The notes under the pieces: model-generated
Seen by the model: only the letters and a program-made list of their open reading frames with translations
What the model was told of the DNA's origin: nothing
Databases searched by the model: none
NCBI GenBank assembly: GCA_043228905.1
Contig: JBHGNT010000021.1
Coordinates: forward strand, 7,936,001-8,000,000
Direction: 5' to 3'
DNA from: Azolla caroliniana
Taxonomy: Eukaryota; Plantae; Polypodiophyta
DNA: 64,000 nucleotides
Shown: in pieces, positions 1-13,100 of the stretch
Layout: every line of letters starts with the position of its first letter
How positions within the stretch are numbered: position 1 is the first letter of the stretch
Position numbers and translations under genes: made by a program

Positions 1-2529
1 TCTTCGGCACGGTAAATTCGAGCCGGATTCCCTTCGAGCGGCAGTACTCCTCGAACTGCCCTCGGTATTCTCCTCCGTTATCTGCTCGAACCGCCTTCAG
101 CTTCCGGCCGGTTTCTCTTTCCACTCTCGCGTGGAGCTCTTTGAAGATGGATAACACCTGATCCTTCGTCTTCAGCGGTGTAGCCCACAGCTTCCGGCTG
201 TGGTCATCTATGAATGTCACGAAGTACTGCGCTCCGGCATGTGACTTCGTGTCTACTTGACACACGTCCGTATGCACCAACTCCAGTGGTGCATTACGTC
301 TCATTGGTCGCCTTGATCGGAAAGAGGTCTGGTTCTGCTTACCAGCCAGACAATCAGTGCACTTCTCCAAGTGCACGTTCTTCACTGGGATGAGGTTGTC
401 TTCTGCAAGCCTCTTCATCCCCTTCTCGCTCATGTGACACAGCCTCTTGTACCAAAGCTCACCGGCAGTGTCGGATGCCATGTTCACTTCTTCCGGACAT
501 AACCGGGCATTCATCAGGTACAGTGTGCTTACCTTCCGGGCCCGAGCCACAATCAGGCTCCCTTTGCTGAACTTCATGACACCGTTCCGGATGCTACCCG
601 TGTAGCCTTCATCATCTAACCGACCGGCTGATATCAGGTTTAGACGAACTTCCGGAACGTGTCGGACATCCTTCAGCAGCATCTTGCATCCAGTTGGTGT
701 TGTCAGCCACACTTCTCCTATGCCGACAATTCGGCATGTACCTTCATTCCCCATCCGGACACAGTTGTGATTACCGGCTGAGTAGGATGAGAAGCATTTC
801 CGGTCCGGGGTAAGGTGGAACGATGCTCCGGAGTCTACCACCCAGGTCATCTCGTCGCCGGCAAGGTTTATCTCACTCTCCTCGGTGATGAGCATCAGCT
901 CTTCTTCGCTTGCCGCGATTGCCGTCGTTCCCTTCCGGTCCGGCCGCCTCCGGTCTTTACCGTTCCGGTCTTTACCATTCCGGTCCGGGGTTTGCTTTGA
1001 GTCGGTACCGTCGGTTTCCTTGTCTTTATGGAAATGCCGACAGTTCTTTTGGAAGTGTCCCGGCTTGCCGCAATAGAAGCAAGTAGGCCTCCCCCTCGAC
1101 TTTGACCGTGTCCTCGACTTCTCCTGGTTCTGGGGACTACGGTTTCTATGTCTTCCGCGTTCCGATTCGGTAAGAAGCGCTTTGGAGTCGGAGCTCGTAT
1201 CTTTGTCTTTCCGACGCGCCTCCTCATCTAGCAAGCTCGACTTTACTCTTGCTAGGGATAACCGTTTTCCTTCCGGCCCGGCGTTGCCCAAAGTGACAAC
1301 CAACGTCTCCCAGCTATCCGGGAGGGAACCGAGCAGGAGTAACGCTAATACCTCATCGGCAAGAGGTACTTCCAATGACGTTGCCTGGTGTATCAGCCCC
1401 TGGAAGGCATTCATATGCTCCGCCATGCTGGAGCCATCTTGGTACCGGAGTTTTACTAGCTTCCGGAATACCGACACCTGATTGACAACATTTTTGTTCT
1501 GGAACATTATGCCGATCTTCTCCTAGAGCTCATGAGCCTTGCTCTCTTCGTTGAAGTTGTTGTATAGGCTCATGTCGATGAAGCACCGTATATACGCCGT
1601 TGTCTTCATGTGCATCACCTCCCATATCGCGGCGTCGATTTTGTCCGGTCTCTTGTCCCCGAACTGAACCGGCAGCCAGAGGTCTTTAACAACGAGCATG
1701 TCCCTCATCTTCGACTTCCATACTGAATAGTTGGAGCCGGTGAGCTTGAACATGCCGCCAAATGATTCGTCCATTTTCTGTGTTGATCTCGCTCTGATAC
1801 TGCTTGTCGGGAACCCAACGTTCCTTATGCGCAAGGCTCAGCCACAACCGAGCTTAGAATGATACACAGAAAACGGGAAATAAACGAGACACAAAGAAGA
1901 GAAATGGTACACAGGAGGTTTACGTGGAAAACCCCAAACTAGGGGAAAAACCACGGCAGCCCATAGGCTGCAAACTGTCACTATGTATGAATGCACAAAA
2001 AACAGTGAGTTCACGGAGGCAACGACCTCGGACTCACGCTCTTCGCCACAGGCGGCGGTTACAATAGAGGCAACGACCTCTTTCCCTTCCTGTACAACGT
2101 TACGCACACCACTCTCGTGCAAAACAGAAAAATGACAACAACCAACTCAAAGTTTGCCCTAAGTCATATTTATACAAATATGACTTTTAGGCTATTTACA
2201 AATATAGCCTCGATGGGCTCTCAGAAACATATTTACGAATATGTCTCTTCCTTCGGTTCTGCACCATCCGGCTCTCCGTAGCCGAGTACTCCTCATCCGG
2301 TTCACACCGGGCCTGCACCATCCGGCTCTCCGTAGCCGGGTACTACTCATCCGGTTCATATCGGGTCTGTATCATCCGGCTCTCCGTAGCCGGGTACTAC
2401 TCATCCGGTTCATACCGGGTCTGTATCATCCGGCTCTCCGTAGCCGGGTACTCCTCATACACGTTCCGGAAGTTTGTTCGTCGGCCCTGTTCTTCTCCCT
2501 TCCCATCCGGAGGGACCTGTCTCCCAACA
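1..2529 (-). mobile_element. Ty1/copia element A (Tnt1/Tork-like family), 5' half: LTR, gag, protease, start of integrase; continues beyond window start
   Basis: LTR 1805-2529 (minus strand starts TGTTGGGAG, ends CCCGACA). Degenerate tRNA-iMet PBS 1791-1802. Gag ATG at 1774 (MDESFGGMFKLTGSNYSVWKSKMRDML), CFYCGKPGHFQKNC zinc knuckle, WVVDSGAS protease, integrase YFVTFIDD. In-frame TAG at 1523-1525. Inserted into the RT of element C at 2530. Confidence 0.93.
1805..2529 (-). repeat. 5' LTR of copia A, with internal ~54-bp tandem repeat (about 2265-2460)
   Basis: TG...CA ends, adjacent PBS, homology to LTRs at 3656, 14150 and 61910. Repeat unit catccggctctccgtagccgggtactactcatccggttca... occurs about 3.5 times. 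Confidence 0.9.
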
Positions 2530-5500
2530 GATCTCTTCTTCGAGGTCGCCCATGTAGGAACGCCATCTTGACGTCCAATTGCTCTATCTTGAGGTCCATG
2601 CTTGCCGCTATGGTCAATATCGTTCGGATGGATGTCATGTTTACTACCGGGCCAAAGATCTCATCGAAATCCATTCCTTTATTTTGCTGCAAACCCTTCA
2701 CCACGATCTGGGATTTGTACCTTGGTGGATTTCCGGCATCTCTCGGTTTTAGCTTGTACACCCACTTGTTCCGGAGTGCTCTTTTCCCTTTCAGCAACTC
2801 CATCAGTTCATACGTGTGACTCTCATGCGGGGAATCCATCTCGTCCCGCATGGCACTCAACCACTTGTGGTTGTGGGTGTCTCTCTTTGCTTCTTTGAAG
2901 CTTTCTGGCTCCCCCTCATCGGTTAGCAACACATGCTCTGCATTCGAAAATCTCCAGGGGGCTCTTCTCTCTCGGAGAGGATATCTCCATTCTTGGTTTC
3001 TGACTACCGGTTCCTTCGGTTGTTCGTCATCCTCATCCGATTTGGGATCTTGTCCGGTTCCGGTGTCTTCTTCTTCTTCGGTCGGTTCGGTTTCTTGTCC
3101 GAATCCGGCCGGTTCGTCGAATGTCATCCGGTTACCGGCCAACATCCGCTTTTCAATTATGTAAGTCCTTGTGTCCTCTAACGTGTTTTCATTGGATGAT
3201 CCAGAGTTCATCATTATCTTCTTCGACTCCTAGTTGGCAATGGTCCTGTCTTCCATGAAGACTATGTCCCGGCTCCGGAACACCTTCTTGTTGACCAGAT
3301 CCCACACCCGGTAACCGAACGCATCATCGTCGTATCCAAGGAATATGTATGGCCAGGAATTTGGATCCAGCTTTGCTCGCTTGTCCTTTGCCACATGCAT
3401 GTAAGCGAGACACCCGAACACCTTCAAATGCCAGTAAAACACATCCTTACCGGTCCATACTTTCTACAGTGAGTCTCCATCCAAGGGTATTGAGGGTGAT
3501 CTATTTATCACATAGGTCGCCGTTGTTAGTGGCTCAGGCCAAAACGTCCTGGGTAACTTGGCATGGGCTAGCATGCTTCAGACTCTCTCCATTATGGCTT
3601 GGTTCATCCATTCTGCTAGCCCGTTTAGTTCTGGCATTTTCGGCATGGTAAATTCTGTTAGGAAACAGGTCCCTCCGGATGAGAAGTGAGAAAAACAGTA
3701 CTAATGAGCAAACTCGGCTGAGGCTGAAACTGGATGTGGAGTACCCAGCTACGAAAGACCCGGTGAGAACTGGATGACAAGTACCCGGCAACGGAAGACC
3801 CGGTGAGAACCAAATGACGAGTACCCGGCAAGAGCCGGATGGTGAAGACCCTATGAGAACCGGATGTGGAGTACCCGGCAATGGAAGACCCGGTGAGAAC
3901 CGGATGACGTGTGCCCGACAAGCGCCGAATGATGCAGGCCCGGTGAGGAGTGCTCACCGGATGAAGGGACATATTCGTAAATATATGACTTTACTATGTA
4001 AACATATTTACAAATATTCTATGTAAACATATTCCACGTAAACATCCTATGTACTCTTCTCTCCATTGTGGCGTGCATTCATTACCCGTTTTCTGTATTT
4101 GATCCTAGCCTCCGTTGTGGCCGAGGATTGTGCTTAGGAAGCGTGTATTTCCTGTCAAAGTGGTATCAGAGCGAAACGACACAGAAAATGGACGATTCGT
4201 TGGGAGTTCAAGCTCACCGGCTCCAACTATTTGGTGTGGAAGTCAAAGATGAGGGACATGCTCATGGTTAAAGATCTTTGGTTTCCGGTTCAGTTCGGGG
4301 ACAAGAGACCGGACAAAATCGATGCCACGATATGGGAGGTGATGCACATGAAGACAACGGCGTACATACGGTGGTTCATCGACATGAGTCTATACAACAA
4401 CTTCAATGAAGAGAGCAAGGCCCATGAACTCTGGGAGAAGATCGGCATTATGTTTCAAAACAAAAATGCTGCGAATCAGGTTTTGGTATTTCGGAAGCTA
4501 GTAAGACTCCGGTACCAAGATGGCTCCAGCATGGCGGAGCACATGAATGCCTTCCAGGGGCTGATCCACTAGGCAACATCATTGGAAGTACCTCTCGCTG
4601 ATGAGGTACTAGCACTACTCCTGCTCGGTTCCCTCCCATATAGCTGGGAGACGTTGGTTGTCACTTTGGGCAACGCCGGGCCGGAAGGGAAACGGTTATC
4701 CCTAGCAAGAGTGAAGTTGAGCTTGCTAGATGAGGAGGCGCGTTGGAAAGATAAGGATACGAGCTCCGAATCCAAAGCTCTCCTTACCGAATCGGAACGT
4801 GGAAGACAAAGGAACCGTAGCCCCCAGAACCGGGAAAAGTCGGGGACACGGTCAAAGTCAAGGGGGAGGCCTACTTGCTTCTATTGCGGCAAGCCGGGAC
4901 ACTTCCAGAAGAACTGTCGGCACTTCCAAAAAGACAAGGAAACCGACGGTACCAATTTGAAGCGGACACCGGACCGGAATGGTAAAGACCGGAGGGGGCC
5001 GGACCAGAAGGGAACGATGGCAATCACGACAAGTGAAGAAGAGTTCATGCTCATCACCGAGGAGAGTGAGCTAAACCTTGCCGGCGACGAGATGACCTCG
5101 GTGGTCGACTCCGGAGCGTCGTTCCACCTTACCCCAGACCGGAAATGCTTCTCATCCTACTCAGCCGGTGATCACGGCTGTCTCCGGATGGGGAATGAAG
5201 GTACATGCCGAATTGTCAGCATAGGAGACGTGTGGTTGACAACACCAACCAGATGCAAGTAGTTGTTGAAGGATGTCTGACACATTCCGGAGGTTCGTCT
5301 GAACCTAATATCAGCCGGTCGGTTAGATGATGAAGGCTACACGGGTAGCATCCGGAACGGTGTTATGAAGTTCAGGAAAGGGAGCGTGATTATGGCTCGG
5401 GCCCGGAAGTTCAACACGATGTACATGATGAATGCCCGGTTATGCCTAGAAGAAGTGAACGTGGCATCCGACATTGCCGGTGAGCTGTGGCACAAGAGGT

Positions 5501-6661
5501 TGTGTCACATGAGCGAGAAGGGGATGAAGAGGCTTGCAGAAGACAACCTCATTCCAGTGAAGAACGTGCACTTGGAGAAGTGCACTAATTGTCTGGTTGA
5601 TAAACAAAACCAGACCTCTTTTCGATCAAGGCCACCGATGAGACGTAATGCACTATTGGAGTTGGTGCATAATGATGTATGTCAAGTGGACACGAAGTCA
5701 CATGCCAGATCGCAGTACTTCGTGACGTTCATAGATGACCACAGTTGGAAGCTGTGGACCACACCGTTGAAGACGAAGGATCAAGTGTTATCTGTCTTCA
5801 AAGAGCTCCACGCGAGAGTGGAAAGAGAAACCGGCTGGAAGCTGAAGGCGGTTCGAGCAGATAACGTAGATGAATACCGGGGGCAGTTCGAGGAGTACTG
5901 TCGCTCAAAGGGAATCCGGCTCGAATTTACCGTTGTCGCATTGTTACGCGCGTGCGTGTAGAAGGGGCGGGACCACGGGGGTCTTGAACCGAGGAGCGAG
6001 AGAGAGAGAGAGACAGAGACAAAGATTTGTAGATACGCGAAGTGAGAAGGAGGGATACAGAATGTAACACTTGATTTCAATAACAAGAGAATACAACTCT
6101 GACGGTTACAACCGACAAGGCGGTGATGAACCTAACACGGGGATCCTACTCACACACAGACAGCACTCGCTCGACTCCTAGAAACAAAACAAAAGAGGGG
6201 GGGGTGGGGAGAGCCTCTCCTAGAAGCGCACAGGCTGTCCATGAAGCAGAGGCAGCGAACTCCCGACCCATATGGACCGACGACCGGAGGAGAAGAGAGA
6301 GCTCGGCACTCAGATCTGCAGCAGCACTTCGTCCTCCCTAGCGCGATACCTGTTCCCTCCTCCCCCTCCTTAAAATAGTTTTCTCCTTTTCCTTAGCAGA
6401 ATTGCTTTATTCCCTGTCCCTGTCGACAGAGATACACACAAAATCCCCTAATAAATGTGTTACCTATTATTTACACCAGTCGCCCTAATTACGAATTATG
6501 TACAATATATTATTCCTCGCGTCCACCCGTGTAAGAGCTGGTTCATGCGCCTTTTTCTTCGATTCCGCCTATGGCCGGTTTTCTTTATGACATCCACCCC
6601 CACCAAACTGCGCATCCACCGGCATGCGCTAGAGACGGGTAGACACTGAAGAAAATCGACT

Positions 6662-9600
6662 TCACTCATCGTTCTCCGATTCTCCGTCGGACCTGAACTG
6701 ATTGTCGTCGTTACTCTCGCTCGTCGGCTCTGGCTTGTCTTTGAACCACTTCTTGAACTCTTTGATCCGCTTCCCGGCCACCGGCACCGCTAACCGTGTG
6801 CCGTCGTGTTCCGCGAGGTGGTACGTGTCGTTGTCGTTCACGCTCGTCACCGTGTAGGGCCCAAATCATCTCCTAGCGAACTTTCCCACCGCCTTGTGCT
6901 GATTGTCGAGGCTGCTATCGTATACCAAGACCGAGTCTCCTTCCTCGATCTTCTTTGGTCGCAACCGGTGCGTCCGGTTGAACAGGGTCTTGGTCCGCTC
7001 CCTTGCTGCTCGCAGCTTTTCCTTCACCTGTATCACGTCCTCTGGCCTCCGCTTGAGTTGCCGAATCTGCGCCGCCAGCAACTCCTCCCAGTTCATCTCG
7101 TCCTTCCAATCTACCGCCGCCCATGAAGAAACCGTCTGTTCCACCGGCATGATCGGCTTTTGTCCGTACATCAGCTCTGCCGGCATAAACCCTGTCGCCG
7201 AATTGTGCGTAGTTCGGTCCTCCCATAGTGCGTAAGGAAGGAGCCACGGCCAATTCCCGACTTGCCCTCCGCATGCACGCACCAACGCCTTTACGATCGG
7301 CCCGTGCCCATGTTCCACCTTTCCGTTTGCCTCCGGATTGTACGCCGTAGTGAGGGAGAGTTTGACGCCTAGCCAGTCGAACAGCTCCTCAGCCTCCCGC
7401 GCATCTAGCTCTCCCCGGTCCACCATGATCCTCCCGATGCACCCGTACCGACACACTACTTCTTCGATCAGGAACCGGCATACCGTCGTGGTTGTCTTGC
7501 TTTGTAGTGCACGACCTTCCACCTGGTTCGTTAAGTCTTCCCGTGCAAGCACCAGGTATCGCATCTATCCTACCACCATCGGCATCGTCACCAAGTCCAC
7601 CATCCACTTGAAATGGACCGTAGGCGGGTAGGTCGGGTGTAGCCCGTCCCGGTGTCGGACTACGGAGTGCATCTGACAGCTTTTGCAAGTCGTTACGAAC
7701 TGATGCACGTGCTGGTACAACCCCGGCCACCAGTACTTCTCCTTAAGCTTCTCGAACTTGGCCCACGTTCCGCAGTGTCCGGCCCAGGGGCTCTCGTGAA
7801 ATGCCGCCAATAGTTTCCCCTGTTCTTCTTTCTTTGCCACTACTCGGAGTGGGATGCCGCTTCTCTTCTTTGGGTGCCTCCATATGCACCTGTCCCGCAG
7901 GAAGAATCGGTACTCCTTCTTCCGTACCCGGCTCGCCATCCATAGGAACCTCCCGATTTGGAGCCACTCCCCGTTGTACCTGCTTTTGTGAAATTTGTTA
8001 AGCGCCGGAGTGTTCCCTTTCCTCGTCGTTACGTTAGCCGACCTGAAGAAGTCCTCGGCAACTTCTTCGTCATCCGAAACCATGCCGTCTTCATCGTTGA
8101 ACCTTGCCCTCGAAAGCATGTCGGCCATGGCGTTGTCCTTTCCGAAGATGTGCCGTATCTCCGAGTTCAGGGACTTAATGTATGCTATCCACCGGAGCAT
8201 TGCTGGGTCCGGTGTCGCGCATCCGGAAACCATGCCGAGTATCGGCAGGCAGTCCGTCTCGATGATCACCTCCGTCCCGATCAGATAATCCTTGTCCGCC
8301 TTGACTGCCGAAACGACACCCCAAAGTTCGCGCTTAACTTGGGCGTATCCTCGCTACCGCTCGCTCAATACCTTCGCCCCGAACCGGATTGGGAACCGTA
8401 CGCCGTCCTTGTCCTCCTGACTGATTACCCACCCGATCCCGGTCGGGCTGGTGTCCATCGTCATGCATATGGGAACATCCTTGCCCTAAACCGCTTTACG
8501 GAGAACCGGCGCTACTGTAAGCGCCTCCATACCGACTTCGTGTGCTCCGTCCTCCACTCAAAGCTACGCCCCTTTTTCAAGAGTCCGTAGAGGGGTTCCG
8601 CGACATGTGCATAGTGCAGGATGCAGATGTGGTAGAACGCGCATGCTCCCAAGAATCTGCGGACCTCTGTGACCGAATTGCAGTCATGCTTCATCGCGAA
8701 GATGGCTTCCACCTTGGCCGGAGACGATTTCCGACCGTATGGTCCGCATAGGTGCCCGACGGCCATGATCTCTGATTGCTCGAAGGCCGACTTTTCCCCG
8801 GAGAAGGTGAGCCTCGCGCCTTCTAGTCTCTGCAGCACCTTCTCGCAATCATCGATGTGGGACGCCACGAAAGTCCGACATCCGTCCGACCCGATTGCCT
8901 CGTCCTTTTTCTCCACCGGGCATCCCTTGATCGGGATGTCGTCTAAGAATGGCATGGTGATGTCCGGGATACAATCCCTGAGCACTTTGTTCATCGTGTT
9001 CACCATGTGAGCCACGGAGTTCGTCCCTCCTTGTGGCAGGGTACACATCCGCACTAGGCCGAGAGGAGTCCGCATCGTCGTAATGTCTCTGCTCTCCACG
9101 GTTAGTTGGAACTGATCATACCCCGAGTACAGATCACCGACAGAATAGATCGACCTTCCAGCAAAGGCCTCCGCGAACTCGTCTATGGTCGGTCCGATTC
9201 CTGCATTACGGATGGTCACCTTGTTGACCGGTTGCAGGTCCTGAATGAAGCGCAACGTGTCGTTCTTCTTCGGCACCATAAACCACCGATTTGAATACGG
9301 GGCACTCGACGGTTCGAGGATGCCCATCTCCACCTTTTGCTTTAGGAGCTCCATCAACTTCGGGATGTGAGCTCTCGGCACCGGAATCGGCTTGAGATTC
9401 CACGGTACATGCGGTACCGTGAAGATCACCATCGGTTTGACAATTGTCGGGTCTACGCACCCGATCTCCTCCAGTGAGAATGCAAAAGCCTTCCCGTGCC
9501 TCCCGAGCATTCTCCGAAACCGGTCCTCCTCTGCTGGCAGTAGGAAGCCGCCCCCACCGACCTTGAGCTCCCGTAGCGTTATGTTGGTGAACCGGTGCCC

Positions 9601-10113
9601 TATGCCAGCCGGATTCCGTAAACTTGGTTCTGATGCAACCCCTTTTATCCATTCCTCGCTGCCCTCCGGCAAGGGTGCCGCGACTGGCCTCACCTTCCGG
9701 TCCACAATCTTGTATTTTGTATCCACGCGGGCCGACCGATCCGACCCGATCCTTTCCCCGAAGTCCGTGATGACTTCGTACATTCCCATCGACCTTACCG
9801 GAACAGTCCGGTCTTCTCTAAGGTCTTCACCGATCACCTTTCGCAGTTCGCCCAAGGTGTCGTCAAAAGAGACTGCCTCCACGGCGCCGCTGATGTCTTC
9901 GTCGGGGAAGAGGAATCTGCATCCCCTGAGCCGCTCCTCCGCTCGCTTCCTCTCCCGGCCGCTGACGCCGGTTATAGTACAACCTCCGTTGTCGGAGAAC
10001 CAAAATTCCCTACCTATGGTACATGTCTTCTTCTCTACTGTACATTTGTGGGGTTCTTTCCGGGTGTCCGGACTATCGCGACCCCACGCCTTGATAGCCC
10101 TCTCTAAAAATCC
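6662..10113 (-). pseudogene. gypsy 1 pol (RT-RNase H-integrase), disrupted
   Basis: ORFs 8512-9882 (RT), 7565-8269 (RH end and HHCC), 6866-7564 (integrase core), broken by stops and frameshifts. Confidence 0.9.
10045..10113 (-). promoter_or_regulatory. Putative -1 programmed ribosomal frameshift signal (gypsy 1)
   Basis: Same G GAT TTT TAG (10113-10104). The -1 frame is open to the RT ORF at 9882. Stem GGGCTATC/GATAGTCC. Confidence 0.7.
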
Positions 10114-13100
10114 CCTCGGTTTTGGCCACCGAGGGCTTCGCGGTTATGCTCATGGTTTGGTCGCACCGTTAGGAACTGGACCGAGTGACGCCCGTCCTGG
10201 CTCTTGACTCTTGCATAGGCTGAACCGTTGTCCAGCACCTTGGTCTCCATCCGTGCCGCCGTGATATATGGCTCTCCTAGTATAACTGGATGCGAGGACG
10301 TCTCCTGTACGAAGAAGTGTTGGTCGATCTCGACATCGCCGATCTTCACCCGTACGTTCGGACAGGCCCCATGTAGTTCTTCCGTGGCACGCGTCACTGC
10401 CTATATCTTCCAGTCGTGCTTGGTGTTGATCGGCCATTTACCCTTCTTGTAGAAATCCATGGACATCAGGTTGATTTCGGATCCATGGTCTACCAACGCC
10501 ACCACCGGTTCTAGAACGTTGCCGATCCGTACAGGGGTTTCCGTAGTTGCCCTGGCCCAATGTGGCTTCCTGTAGTGGCTTCCCGCCAACTCGTCTTCTA
10601 GGGCTTCATCTTCCAGGTGCGCGGTCCGCACCTCCACCGGCTTCTCCAGTTCTGGCTCCGTCGAGAGCCTCTTCCGCTTCACCAAGTCTACGATAGAGTC
10701 GTGGAACTCCCTCCTGGCAATTCCCAGCACCTCCCATAATGACAGCTCCACGTTGGTCCTAAGCGCGTCGGCGAAGTCCGCACAATCCTTCCGAATGTGA
10801 CCAATCGCGTCACACCACATGCACCGCTACCCAGCCGGCGGCCTCCGGTCGCGAGGTTGTTCGCCGCTGTCTCTCCGGGCCTGTGCGATCTGCAGGTCGC
10901 GCACCATCTGTGTCAGCTCCTCCAGAGCCGCTCCTCTGGATGGGCCTCTGACCACGTCATTTGATGCCGACCCCGACTCTGGCCAGATTCGGGTCTCTTC
11001 CTTCCTACCGGCCAACATCGATACCGGCTCCTCGAGCCTCCTCCCCGGGACCGGACCTGACCCCGACGAGCTTCCGTTGCTCCAATCGCGTCGTTTGTCG
11101 AAACGGCTGCAAACCCGTTTTACCACGGCCTAGTCTGCCGTGAGCCCTTTGTCCATTTCCAATAGGGGACCCACATTTTCCTTGTTGAGCGTGTCCACCG
11201 ACTTGACAAACAGTAGTACTCGACTTGTTTCGAGCATCGTCCGGTCCAGCGTCGACAGCCGCGCGAACCGTTTTCCGAACTCCTGGAGGAGCACCGACGT
11301 GTTCCTCCCCTTTCCAGGGCTTTCCACCCACGCCATGAAGTCCCGCCTCGACAGCTGAAGCAAGTCGTCAAACCCATACTTCTCGAGGAGCTGCAGCTCA
11401 AACTCCTCCCAAGTCTAGCATCCGGCTAGCACCTCGAGCACCTCCGCGTGGATGCCCGGCGTCACCACCCGAGGGAATCCGGACAGCCACCTGTCCACCG
11501 GGATATCCCTCATGATCATTTTGGCCCGGTAAGCCTCCAAATAACTTGTGGCGTCTTTCCCTCCGAAACGGCCTATAGAGCCGACGATCGATTCAATGGC
11601 TCTGTCGAGGGTACCCGTCCCTTCACGAGCGCTCACCAGCCGGTCGACGGCCACCGCCATTGCCTCTGCTAGCTCTGATCCCCTCATCTTTCGACTCCTT
11701 TGCCGCCCCGTGCACATTGGGTTCACCAAATATGTCGCGTTGTTACGCGCGTGTGTGTAGAAGGGGCGGGACCACGGGGGTCTTGAACCGAGGAGCGAGA
11801 GAGAGAGACAGAGAGAGAGATTTGTAGATACGTGAAGTGAGAAGGAGGGATACAGAACGTAACACTTGATTCCAATAACAAGAGATTACAATGACAAGAG
11901 AATACAACTCTGATGGTTACAACTGACAAGGCGGCGATGGACCCGACACGGGGATCCTACTCACACACACAGACAGCACTCGCTTGACTCCTAGAAACAA
12001 AACAAAAGGGGCGGGGGGCGGGGGGGGGGGGGAGAGCCTCTACTGGAAGCGCACGGGCTGTCCACGAACTAGAGGCAGCGAACTCCCAACCCACAGAGAC
12101 CGACGACCGGAGGAGAAGAGAGAGCTCGGCACTCAGATCTGCAGCAGCACTTCATCCTCCCTAGCGCGATACCTGTTCATGCGCCTTTTTCTTCGATCCT
12201 CGCATCCACCCGTGTTAAGAGCCCGGTTCATGCGCCTTTTTCTTCGATTCCGCCTATGGCCGGTTTTCTTTACGACACCGTGCCGAAGATGCCGGAACTA
12301 AATGGGCTGGCCGAGAGGATGAACCAGACCATAATGGAGAGGGTCCAGAGTATGCTGGCGCATGCAAAACTACCCAAGAAGTTTTGGGCTGAGGCACTGT
12401 CGACGGTAACATATGTGATAAACAGATCACCCTTAGTACCCTTGGACAGAGACACGCCACAGAGAGTCTCGACCGGTAAGGAAGTGTCCTACCGGCATCT
12501 GAAGGTATTCGGGTGTCTTGCGTATGTGCATGTAGCTAAGGACCGGAGAGGATAACTAGATCCGAAGACCCGGCCATGCATATTCCTCTGTTACGGCGAC
12601 GATGAGTTCGGCTACCAAGTGTGGGACCTGGTCGACAAGAAGGTATTCCAGAGTTGAGATATTATCTTCATGGAGGACAAGACGCTCGCCGACTGGGAGT
12701 CGGAGAAGAAGATAATGAACTCCGAGTCGACCGGTAAGGATCGATTCTACAATTGGAGTTGCCGAAAGGAAAGAGGGCACTCCAAAACAAGTGGGTGTAC
12801 AAGTTGAAACCGGGAGATGCCGACAACCCCCCGAGATACAAAGCCAGGATCGTGGTGAAGGGGTTCCAGCAGAAGAAGGGCGTGGACTTCGACGAGATAT
12901 TTGCCCCGGTAGTAAAGATGACCTCCATCCGGACGGTGCTAAGTATATCGGCAAGCATGGACCTCGAGGTAGAGCAGCTGGACGTGAAGACGTCATTCCT
13001 TCACGGTGACCTCGAAGAGGAGATCTACATGCAGCAACCAGAAGGATTCGTGGAGAAAGGGAAGGAGCACTTGGTTTGCCGGTTAAAGAAGAGCTTGTAC

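Larger units (their letters stand above)
5934..12277 (-). mobile_element. Ty3/gypsy element 1 (non-chromovirus, Phygy/Selgy-like), both LTRs present, 4-bp TSD CCGT
   Basis: LTRs 5934-6592 and 11733-12277. PBS TGGTGAACCCAATGTG (tRNA-Trp-like) about 11713-11728. PPT-like GGTGGGGGTGGA 6593-6604. Order gag (CMWC..IGH..DC), PR (LVDHGSEIN), RT (PFLDD), RH, INT (GPY motif); no chromodomain seen. CCGT at 5930-5933 and 12278-12281. Lineage label is from recollection of these families, not a search. Confidence 0.93.

Noticed and set aside
2241-2819. Repetitive ORF (HHPALRSRVLLIRF)n
   Set aside because: Translation of the LTR tandem repeat running into antisense RT; no evidence of a real protein.
9392-10207. 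Long antisense ORFs over gypsy pol (also 54857-55642 and 56388-56966)
   Set aside because: Explained as shadow frames of GC-rich coding sequence; no recognisable domain.
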